A stretch of DNA of 63,829 nucleotides from Fidelibacterota bacterium (lineage in GTDB: Bacteria > Fidelibacterota > UBA8477 > JABMPR01): contig JABMOT010000130.1 of NCBI GenBank assembly GCA_013202385.1, positions 1 through 63,829 on the forward strand, written 5' to 3'. The notes beneath the pieces were generated by a model. The model ran no database searches. It was not told the DNA's origin and saw only the letters and a program-made list of their open reading frames with translations. The translations under genes were made by a program, and so were the position numbers. Shown in pieces: positions 10,252-18,524 of this stretch; position 1 is the first letter of the stretch; each line of letters opens with the position of its first letter.

Positions 10252-11399
10252 ACATCACCAATAACGAGACTGATGAATGTTTCATTATGAAGTCTGGTTG
10301 CACCCCCACGTTCAAGCGGAGCAATTTCGCCATAGGCATAAAAACCACCGACAGGGATACCTGGGATGGCATCGCGAAGTAACTGGACCTCCTCTTGCGT
10401 CCTGGTGCCCAGAAGCATCTTCCTGCCTGCACAGGAGATGCACAGGATGCCTGAAGGACTGGAACCTGGGTATGATGCCAGCGCTTGAGATACGGATTCA
10501 CTGGCTGATTCAATCACCCTATCCCGGGTGGCATGAGTTATTTGCACCCAGGCGTCTGCTGGAATATCGCCAACCATGGTTAAGCTCCCATCTGTGTTTT
10601 CGCCCAGAATGGGTGATCTCAGATAAAATGATTTGAATGCTTCGTCGTCAAAAACGGCCAGGGGATACTCACCGAGCGTATCCAGATTTTGCCCCAGATA
10701 ACGCTCGTAGAAGGCTGCTGCGGTCTCATCACCAATGCGTTTGATGCTTCCAGGCCCTACCGATGTAGCTTTGGCCGGTTTCCCAATAGGTTGCCACCCA
10801 CTGCTCACAGAATGAGAGTAAAACAGGGGACCTGAAACAAGCAGATATGGAATGGCATCAGACAGGACTTCATTATTAAAGAATTGAAATGTTTTCTCAA
10901 AACGCCATTGATCCCCGGCATTCCCTCCAATGATAGGGCAATCCACACCGAGAGCGTGCCGCATTTCCGTCACAACTCCGTCTGAGCTCGTGGTGAGGCT
11001 GGAACTGGTAACAAAGCACAACTTGGGATATTCAATCCCAACAAGACTTGTTTTGAGAGCGTCCTGGATATTGACTCCCGGGTTCTCTGATATTCCCCGT
11101 GCAACCCCTGAGTAAAATTCAATGCTGTCTGATGCAAAAAGGGTAAGCACAACCCCATCTTCAGTAAATCCGCCCACACTGGAAAGCTCCCCATCAGTAG
11201 TGCAGCCAATCAGGGCCAAACCTGGAAAAGCCACATTCACTGAGTCGACGAGAACTTGAAAGTCATGATCAATGGCCGCATACAGAATACCCGCTTTAGT
11301 TGGTAGCCCATCCAGTTGTTCAAGACAGTGTTTAATAATTTCAGCAATGGCATCATGCGAATCGATGTCCTCACTGTGTCCTATAACCATTTTAAGCAT
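10248..11399 (-). CDS. FIST-domain sensory protein (FIST_N + FIST_C)
   Basis: 383-aa soluble protein with a FIST-like layout (GLALIGCTTDGELSS...; ...GFYAYGEIAPLE). GGGAG RBS upstream. Translationally coupled to the cyclase. Confidence 0.7.
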   Translation of the reverse strand: MLKMVIGHSEDIDSHDAIAEIIKHCLEQLDGLPTKAGILYAAIDHDFQVLVDSVNVAFPGLALIGCTTDGELSSVGGFTEDGVVLTLFASDSIEFYSGVARGISENPGVNIQDALKTSLVGIEYPKLCFVTSSSLTTSSDGVVTEMRHALGVDCPIIGGNAGDQWRFEKTFQFFNNEVLSDAIPYLLVSGPLFYSHSVSSGWQPIGKPAKATSVGPGSIKRIGDETAAAFYERYLGQNLDTLGEYPLAVFDDEAFKSFYLRSPILGENTDGSLTMVGDIPADAWVQITHATRDRVIESASESVSQALASYPGSSPSGILCISCAGRKMLLGTRTQEEVQLLRDAIPGIPVGGFYAYGEIAPLERGGATRLHNETFISLVIGDV

Positions 11400-11706
11400 G
11401 ATCCAACTCCCTTAATGCCTGCCAGCATCGGCTAAATTTTATATACGTGATAATTATAGTATCTAATTAATCAAAAGATAAACTTTTTCCTAATGATTTG
11501 TGAAGCTTATTGCATAGGGATAACTCTTATATCATTGATAGTTAGACACTTGCAGGATTTACTTAATGATTTTAGCCATATCGGTTTTGGATCGGACGGA
11601 GGTTGATTGTTTATTGCCGTGAACTTCATAAGAAATATTAACCACTGTCCACTGCCAACCTTATTTTCAGATTGAGGGAATCCATAAAGCAAATAATGGG
11701 ACTGAT

Positions 11707-12375
11707 ATGAAAGAAGTTGATCTTTACCCGCCTCTGAAAGATTATCTACACAGGCTGGGCTACGAAGTAAAAAGTGAAGTTCAACACTGCGATGTTATCG
11801 CTATTAGGGATGAGTCCCTTGTTATCGTGGAACTCAAATTATCCCTCAATCTCACCATTTTGCTCCAGGCTGTGGATCGGCTTACGCTCACTAATAGTGT
11901 TTATATCGGCGTTCCTAAAGGGATTCCCGTATTCAAAAAACACCGGAAAAGGGTGATAAAACTCATGCGCATGCTCGGTCTGGGTCTCATTGTTATTGAT
12001 CCAATCTCTAGAATTGGCAGCATTGACGTTCTCTGTGATCCAAGTGAATACAAACCGAGACAGGTGAAAAAGAAAACTCAGCGGCTGTTGCGAGATTTCA
12101 GCCAACTTGTTGGTGACCCTAATCTCGGTGGGAGCACCACGCAGCAGAACGTAATGACGGCATATCGTCAAAAAGCCATTGCCATAGCAGAATATCTCCA
12201 ACTCAATGGTGAAAGCAAAGCTGCTGTGATTGCAAGACTGCTCATTGAACCAAAAACGCGTAACATCCTCTACGACAACGTCTATGGCTGGTTTGATCGT
12301 CATGGTAAGGGAATCTATAGTCTTTCACAGCGTGGCGCTTCAGAGTTGCCTGAGTGGAGCGCTCGAAATCAATAA
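11707..12375 (+). CDS. PD-(D/E)xK nuclease-fold protein with a C-terminal winged-helix-like region (DUF2161-like)
   Basis: The N-terminus DLYPPLKDYLHRLGYEVKSEV.HCDVIAIRDESLVIVELK fits a D...ExK restriction-endonuclease-like core. The DUF2161 family assignment is from memory. Confidence 0.45.
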   Translation: MKEVDLYPPLKDYLHRLGYEVKSEVQHCDVIAIRDESLVIVELKLSLNLTILLQAVDRLTLTNSVYIGVPKGIPVFKKHRKRVIKLMRMLGLGLIVIDPISRIGSIDVLCDPSEYKPRQVKKKTQRLLRDFSQLVGDPNLGGSTTQQNVMTAYRQKAIAIAEYLQLNGESKAAVIARLLIEPKTRNILYDNVYGWFDRHGKGIYSLSQRGASELPEWSARNQ

Positions 12376-12452
12376 ATGGTTGAATTCAGAAGTTCACGGT
12401 TTCAATGTCCTCAATCATAGACTAAACTAGTCCACCTTCGAGGGGGTATAAA

Positions 12453-15167
12453 ATGAAGCTCAAATGGACTCTACTTTTTCTTATACTTTTTGGTGCAATA
12501 CCTGTGAGTGTGTGCTCCACCGGGACCGTTTATCTTGTCTTCGGTTCAGATACAGCAATTTGGGATGGAATGTCTGTGAATCGGTACCAGTCTACCTATA
12601 ATCTAGACCTTTATACAAATCCCCTGCTGAATGCCTATGAAGTTATGGACCCTGCGTTTCGAGCTCAATTCACCGATTCATACGGCCAGGCAATGAAAAT
12701 GACCTGGTGGATGATGGCAGGGAATATCTTTCGCCATGCCACCAACACGAATGTTCCCGTGCCCAATATCATGACCCTCTATCTGATGCAGCAGTATCAT
12801 GGTGAAAACGTATTGATCAATGGCGATGAATTGTCGCTTCATTATCACACTTTTTTCTGGTCTGACTATGATCAGGATGGTGTGTATTTCTGGAATCAGG
12901 CTCAAACTTTTGGTGAATCTCGCGCTGACTTTGATGTTACACTTGCCCAATTCCTGCTGGAAGAGGATGTTTTCCCAGTATCTTTTAGAAGTGGCTGGCA
13001 CTTCATGGATAATGAGTGGCAACATGTGCTCAATGATATCCTCCCCTATAGTATGCATAACGACTGGCCTGCCCATCGCATCGATAATGAAGAGCCTACA
13101 GACAACAATTTTGATTGGTCCGAGGCACCACAATCGTTTGTTCCTTTTAGACCCTCCCTTGATAATTATCAACTGCCTGGAGACGGTCCGGGATGGAATG
13201 TGCGCTCTGCTTCCTTCCAGAAAGTCGCTTCACAGGGATTAATGGACACCGTCTTCGCGCATGCCAGTGAAGGTATTGATCAGGTCGCCTGTTTCTGGGC
13301 TCATCTGCCAGAGACAGATTTTCCAGATAATATGGCGCTTATGGATCAGCTGGCGCATGAAGCAGCTGATCTTTACCCGGATGTGGACTTTCGCTATTGT
13401 ACTGCCATTGAAGCCATGCAACGGTGGCGCGGAACCCTGGATGAGACACAACCCGAGCTCAGTATTATGGTTCAAGGATCCGGTGATAACCTGCGCTATA
13501 GCATCGCATCCAATGAAGTCTTGTTTCAGCCTCAACCTTTTGTTGCAGCCAAATTCAAAGATGAGAGTTTTCGGGTCATCCATTGCACTCAAACAGGTGA
13601 CAACACCTGGCTGACTGATATTATTCCTTTTTCATCAGAATTGGCTAAAATCGGCTTCGCAGCCACGGACACATCAGGCAATCATACCACAGTGATATTC
13701 CCATTCATCCCAGATGATATTTATGTTGACAATACGGACCCTGAATATCATGAACTCGCCGGGAATTGGAGTAGTAACCCCGCGACTGCCTGGGGAGTTG
13801 ACTCTCGCATTGCACAAGTAGATGCAGACAATCCAATCCATGTTGCCTGGTCTCCAAATATCCTTGAACCGGGCTACTATCATGTCTCTATGCAGGTACC
13901 AGAAGTGAGCGCAACCCCATCCCCAATTGATATTGTCATTCACTCAGGAACAAATACTGACACCTTGAGTTTCACAAGCCCTTTACCTGCAAATGAATGG
14001 ATTTATCTGGCCACCCCCGAGCTTCAACCGGGCCAATCTCAAATAATTGAACTTTTTTCCAGACTCCCTGAGTCTATAAGTTCCGCTGAACTCGCAGTTG
14101 ACGTCATCAAATTTTCAGCCATGGTTAGGGATCGAGATCTGCGCCTTTCAAGTCAGGTTATAGACTTTGCAGAAGTCAGTCTGGGACAGCCAGTTACGCG
14201 GAATATTCAAATCAATAATCGTGGACTTGAAGCCTTAACCATTCAGGGTATCCAAAGTGTTTCTGGGCATGTAAACGCGTCAACCCAAGTGCCATTTACA
14301 ATCCCGGGTAGGGATAAATTTGACCTGGCGCTGAACCTTCAGCCAGATCAGATGGGTTTGCTCAACGATACCCTAGTCATTCAGAGTAATGATAGCATGC
14401 ACCCTGAGCTGCAAATAGTGGTGACAGCTATTGTTCAATATCCGTTTTATGTGGTTGATAACGAGGATGTGGCTGGCTACAGCGAATCTGGGTCATGGTT
14501 CACCAGTGTTGCTCAAGCATTTGGCGCATCCAGTCGGTATGCATGGTTAAATGCGGGGGCTTGGGCAACATTTACGTTAAATCCCGAGGTTTCAGCAATT
14601 TATGATATTTTCGAAATGGTGCCAACGACGGTTAATGCCACCAATGATGCGCTCTACATATTAAAAATTGCTGGAATAGCTGTAGATTCAGTCTTTCAGG
14701 ATCAAAATAATGGGAGCGGTGATTGGGTAAACCTGGGGCGCCATTATCTTCCTTCTGAAACATCGGTGGTTGTGGAGGTCCATGATACCGGATCCAGTAC
14801 TGCAGGAGTAGTATTGCGGACAGATGCCCTTAAATTCCAGCTGATTCAGCCAGTGAGTTTGGATGAAGAGTTTGGGAAGCAGACCGCTCATATTTTTACA
14901 CTATTTCAGAATTATCCTAATCCCTTCAATCCTGCAACCACTCTTCGATTCCAAATACCAGTTCAATCATCGGTGAACGTGACAGTGTTTGATGTACAGG
15001 GTCACGAAGTCATTATGCTGAGAAACGCTATGGAATCAGCAGGTTCACATGAGTTAATCTGGAATGGGATGGATAAGACAGGTCATCCCGTAAGTACTGG
15101 GGTGTATTTTTGCCGTTTGCGTACTGACCAACACTCTCAAACTATCAAGATGCTGCTTATCAGGTAA
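12453..15167 (+). CDS. Large secreted protein: possible carbohydrate esterase/deacetylase-like N-domain, two golvesin-C-like modules, Ig-like domain, T9SS-type C-terminal domain
   Basis: GAGGGGG RBS and signal peptide. Two modules begin YVDNTDPEY..GNWSS and YVVDNEDVAGYSESGSW. An Ig-like segment reads IDFAEVSLGQPVTRNIQINNRG. The C-terminus is LFQNYPNPFNPATTLRF...KMLLIR. The N-domain function is uncertain. Confidence 0.65.
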   Translation: MKLKWTLLFLILFGAIPVSVCSTGTVYLVFGSDTAIWDGMSVNRYQSTYNLDLYTNPLLNAYEVMDPAFRAQFTDSYGQAMKMTWWMMAGNIFRHATNTNVPVPNIMTLYLMQQYHGENVLINGDELSLHYHTFFWSDYDQDGVYFWNQAQTFGESRADFDVTLAQFLLEEDVFPVSFRSGWHFMDNEWQHVLNDILPYSMHNDWPAHRIDNEEPTDNNFDWSEAPQSFVPFRPSLDNYQLPGDGPGWNVRSASFQKVASQGLMDTVFAHASEGIDQVACFWAHLPETDFPDNMALMDQLAHEAADLYPDVDFRYCTAIEAMQRWRGTLDETQPELSIMVQGSGDNLRYSIASNEVLFQPQPFVAAKFKDESFRVIHCTQTGDNTWLTDIIPFSSELAKIGFAATDTSGNHTTVIFPFIPDDIYVDNTDPEYHELAGNWSSNPATAWGVDSRIAQVDADNPIHVAWSPNILEPGYYHVSMQVPEVSATPSPIDIVIHSGTNTDTLSFTSPLPANEWIYLATPELQPGQSQIIELFSRLPESISSAELAVDVIKFSAMVRDRDLRLSSQVIDFAEVSLGQPVTRNIQINNRGLEALTIQGIQSVSGHVNASTQVPFTIPGRDKFDLALNLQPDQMGLLNDTLVIQSNDSMHPELQIVVTAIVQYPFYVVDNEDVAGYSESGSWFTSVAQAFGASSRYAWLNAGAWATFTLNPEVSAIYDIFEMVPTTVNATNDALYILKIAGIAVDSVFQDQNNGSGDWVNLGRHYLPSETSVVVEVHDTGSSTAGVVLRTDALKFQLIQPVSLDEEFGKQTAHIFTLFQNYPNPFNPATTLRFQIPVQSSVNVTVFDVQGHEVIMLRNAMESAGSHELIWNGMDKTGHPVSTGVYFCRLRTDQHSQTIKMLLIR

Positions 15168-15390
15168 TATTTTCAATATATTCCTGCTTTCATGATTCTT
15201 TTTCGAAGGATCGGATTTCAATCGTATAAAATTGTACCGCAGCAGACCTGGTAATTTTACCATAAACACTGCCATAACCCTCACAATGTAATTGAGAACC
15301 ATTATCGTTATCATTTTATGATAGTTTTAATCTTCTTTCGCTGATTGCATCAATTATTATTGATTGAACTAAAATTTAATGGAGGAATAA

Positions 15391-16410
15391 ATGAACAAAT
15401 CGATACAAAACTTTATCATCATGCCACTTCTTCTCGTGCTGTGGAATCAATCTGCACTAGCCCGAAACTTCCGGGTGAATCAAATCCCAAACGGGAGCGA
15501 AAATGGCTGCGCTAATTGTCATGTCAATCCTGCTGGGGGTGGCTCGCGGAACGAATTTGGTTCTGCTATAGAAAGCGGTTTTCTAGACGGTAGTGGCAAT
15601 GTTACCTGGAATGCAACTCTGGCCGCAATGGATTCAGATGGTGATGGTTTTAGCAATGGCCACGAGTTGGAAGATCCGTTTGGGCTATGGTCAATCGGGT
15701 CAGTAGCTCCAGGGACATCGACATTGGTGACTTTCCCAGGGAATGCTTCAAGTGTGCCGCAGGGAATCGGTGCGGACCTCTCAATGCAGCTCCATTTTAC
15801 TAATTTTGCCCCCCATCTTGGACAGCTCTTTCAGGTTAGAGTTGAGCTTAGCAGTACAGGAGAGCAGATTGCTTTTGAAGAAGTAGCTGCAATCTCTGAG
15901 GCAGCTTTTGATGTTACCTTTATGCATATTCTGGTCGCGGATGAAACCTATGATATCGAATATTGGGCCGATTTTAATGGGAATGGCAGCTATGACGCGC
16001 CTCCTGGTGATCATGCCTGGCGGAATACTGCAAGCAATATCTCAGGTGACCAGAGCCTGGCCTTAACCCATAATACAAATTGGGTGGATATTGGAAACCC
16101 GGTGAGCCTTGACTTGGAGCACCCCGCTCCTACAGTCATGACCTTACTTGCGAATTTTCCAAACCCGTTTAACCCTGAGACCACCATTAGCTTTTTTCTG
16201 AATGAAGCCCAAGCGGTTGATTTGAAAGTGTACGATATGCAGGGAAATTTTGTCAATTCCCTATATTCTGGCTTTGCACAACCTGGTCAACATGATTTTC
16301 GTTTTGATGCCAGGGGAGCCCATGGAGAAATTCTGGCTGCGGGCATTTATTTTTACCGATTAAAAACCAATCTTGGCGTTCAAACTCAGCGAATGACACT
16401 TCTAAAGTAA
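15391..16410 (+). CDS. Secreted single-CxxCH (c-type haem motif) protein with a thrombospondin-type-3-like Ca-binding motif and a T9SS-type C-terminal domain
   Basis: GGAGGA RBS and signal peptide. CANCH lies at nt 15508..15522, followed by DSDGDGFSNGHELEDP. The C-terminus is LLANFPNPFNPETTISF...MTLLK. Confidence 0.7.
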   Translation: MNKSIQNFIIMPLLLVLWNQSALARNFRVNQIPNGSENGCANCHVNPAGGGSRNEFGSAIESGFLDGSGNVTWNATLAAMDSDGDGFSNGHELEDPFGLWSIGSVAPGTSTLVTFPGNASSVPQGIGADLSMQLHFTNFAPHLGQLFQVRVELSSTGEQIAFEEVAAISEAAFDVTFMHILVADETYDIEYWADFNGNGSYDAPPGDHAWRNTASNISGDQSLALTHNTNWVDIGNPVSLDLEHPAPTVMTLLANFPNPFNPETTISFFLNEAQAVDLKVYDMQGNFVNSLYSGFAQPGQHDFRFDARGAHGEILAAGIYFYRLKTNLGVQTQRMTLLK

Positions 16411-16432
16411 ATTGTCCAACCTGCGTCTTTAC

Positions 16433-16466
16433 AAAAAAGCCGTTCCCAGTGGGGCGGCTTTTTTGT
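16433..16466. terminator. Bidirectional rho-independent terminator between convergent genes
   Basis: AAAAAAGCCG-ttCCC-agtg-GGG-CGGCTTTTTT: a GC stem flanked by an A-run and a T-run, lying between the stops at 16410 (+) and 16532 (-). Confidence 0.7.
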
Positions 16467-16531
16467 AAATGAATTTGACCTTAACAGATCCTGAATTTGT
16501 CTTCGATTGAGATCACGCCCAGCGGTTGAAT

Positions 16532-18145
16532 CTATACCTTAAATTGACCGAGCAACCTTTCGAGAGACTGCACATCGCTATTTAATTGATCCGATGCCGT
16601 TGCCAGTTCCTGAGCACTTGTGGCAGATTGTTTTGAAACGCTTGACACCTGCTCCACATTTTTCGATATCTGCTCAACCCCTGAACTTTGCTCATTGGCG
16701 GCAGAAGTAATTTGAGATATGGCAAAATTTACCCGGTCAATTGACTCGCTGATTTGCTTCAGAGCTGCACCGGCTGCTCCCGCCATTTTTTGGCCCTCAC
16801 CTGATTGAATTTTAATATTCGACATCGCCTCAACTGCCTCATTAACATCGGTCTGAACATGTTTGATTTTTTCGCCAATATCTGCTGTCGCTTTCACTGT
16901 TCGCTCGGCCAGTTTTCGAACTTCGTCTGCAACAACGGCAAAGCCACGTCCTGCATCCCCGGCTCGGGCCGCTTCGATATTTGCGTTGAGAGCCAAAAGA
17001 TTTGTTTGATCAGCAATTTCATCGATGACCTGGATGACCATGCTGATTTCTTCAGAGCGACCTTTTAATGCTCCGATTTGCTCTGAAGCAGCATTGACGA
17101 TACGTGAAATCCCTTCGATACCTTGAATGGTATTCTCAACAGTAGTTTGACCTTCTTTGGAAGCCAGGTTGGCCTCCCCGGCACTTGATTGTGTCTCTAC
17201 AGCATTGTTGCTGGTCTCCAAAATCATTGCGGACATTTCTTCCATGGAGGTAGCGACTTCAGAAAGCTGGGATTGCTGCTCCTCTGCACCAGCTGCTAAA
17301 AGCTCAGTGGAATTCACCACAGCCTTTGAGGTATCACCTATTGTCTTGCCGATTTTGATAAGATCGGTAATCATAGACCGTAATTTTTTAATGAATATGT
17401 TAAATCCTGCAGACAATTCACCCAATTCGTCCATGGTTTTTACCTCCAAAAGGCGGGTCAAGTCACCTTCACCTGTGGCAATTTCGTGAATGGACTGAGA
17501 AACCAGCTTTATGGGGAATACAACCATCCTGTGAATCAGGAAAAACAAAATACCTCCGATGATAAGGACGATGATCCAGGCGACACTGCTTAGGAGAAAC
17601 TGGTTATCTTTATACCTTGCGATTAAATCCTGAGTGTCTACATCCGTTTCCAGCACACCAACAATCTCACCTATACTGCCCTCATGACATTCCAAACATT
17701 CGTTTGAAAGCAGAACGGGATCGAAAAACGCCAGGCGTCCATCATGCATATATCGATTATCTGCCATTGGGATTTTTGTTTTTTTTACATTTCTCAGTTG
17801 ATCTTGTATATCATACTTGTGTTTGTTCTCATCGGTGCTTATTACTTCCTCAAGATCAGCATTAAATAATCTCACGGAATGAATCATGGGGTCCTCTGCA
17901 GCCCTTAAAAGAATTTCTTCAGCCCCCTCCATATCACCGGTGAGCATGGAATAATCAATGCAGCGATGGATGAGGGCTGCTGTCTGATGAACATTTTCAA
18001 GCTTCACTTCAGAATCAATCTGGCGCTGGCGTTGAATCAGCAAAAAAAAGGAAGTTCCCAAAACCAGCATGAGAACAAGAAAGATTGCAAGCGGTATTCT
18101 TCGTTCCAGGGAATTATTAATGTATTGAATACTTTTTTTGAACAT
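16532..18145 (-). CDS. Methyl-accepting chemotaxis protein with a periplasmic CxxCH (haem-c, DUF3365/Tll0287-like) sensor, HAMP and MCP signalling domain
   Basis: Two TM helices bracket a ~150-aa periplasmic domain containing CLECH (nt 17684..17698). A HAMP region follows. The signalling hairpin [39 protein letters not shown] is conserved. Confidence 0.9.
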   Translation of the reverse strand: MFKKSIQYINNSLERRIPLAIFLVLMLVLGTSFFLLIQRQRQIDSEVKLENVHQTAALIHRCIDYSMLTGDMEGAEEILLRAAEDPMIHSVRLFNADLEEVISTDENKHKYDIQDQLRNVKKTKIPMADNRYMHDGRLAFFDPVLLSNECLECHEGSIGEIVGVLETDVDTQDLIARYKDNQFLLSSVAWIIVLIIGGILFFLIHRMVVFPIKLVSQSIHEIATGEGDLTRLLEVKTMDELGELSAGFNIFIKKLRSMITDLIKIGKTIGDTSKAVVNSTELLAAGAEEQQSQLSEVATSMEEMSAMILETSNNAVETQSSAGEANLASKEGQTTVENTIQGIEGISRIVNAASEQIGALKGRSEEISMVIQVIDEIADQTNLLALNANIEAARAGDAGRGFAVVADEVRKLAERTVKATADIGEKIKHVQTDVNEAVEAMSNIKIQSGEGQKMAGAAGAALKQISESIDRVNFAISQITSAANEQSSGVEQISKNVEQVSSVSKQSATSAQELATASDQLNSDVQSLERLLGQFKV

Positions 18146-18524
18146 GCAATGGATCCTTTATCAATCTTTCAATGAGGGAAATGGGTCTTCATTCACTTAA
18201 TTAAATCGGCTTTTATTGATATTACTTTAGGCATATTATTTCGTTTTTCCAGAAAATGACCCATTCCAATAACATAAACATTTCAAAAAATGCCAGGGGA
18301 ATACGTTTGAGTAAATCTGAAGTGCATTCATCAAATTCCGATTGCCCTCACACAGCAATTATGTGGCCAATATGCGCGGATGTGATTTTAATCGCACATC
18401 AACATGAATCTCAGGTTCCCCTGCCAAAAGTCCTTGTAGACCCGTTAAGTAGTGATACAATATCAGCTGTTTAATTCTGATTCTTGATTCTAATGCGCTA
18501 AATGGTGTCAACAGGGGAAACTGA

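Noticed and set aside
7637-12375. PLD-family protein plus PD-(D/E)xK protein as a two-gene anti-phage defence system.
   Set aside because: The two genes are separated by the unrelated, oppositely oriented FIST-cyclase operon. The PLD protein carries a lipoprotein export signal, so it is not cytoplasmic, and no ATPase, helicase or methylase partner is present.
12678-13172. Long antisense and alternative-frame ORFs throughout the ORF track, for example 12678..13172, 9511..9942, 23231..23638, 43446..43883, 49065..49421, 5354..5953 and 19534..19977.
   Set aside because: Each lies entirely inside a longer ORF on the other strand or frame that has clear family motifs. Their translations are low-complexity or Cys/Trp/Arg-rich shadow sequences with no RBS or recognisable motifs.
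16532-18145. The two MCP genes (16532..18145 and 48885..50492) as a recent duplication or recombination substrate.
   Set aside because: The protein signalling domains are very similar, but the nucleotide sequences differ at most silent positions. They are old paralogues under purifying selection, not repeats likely to mediate rearrangement.
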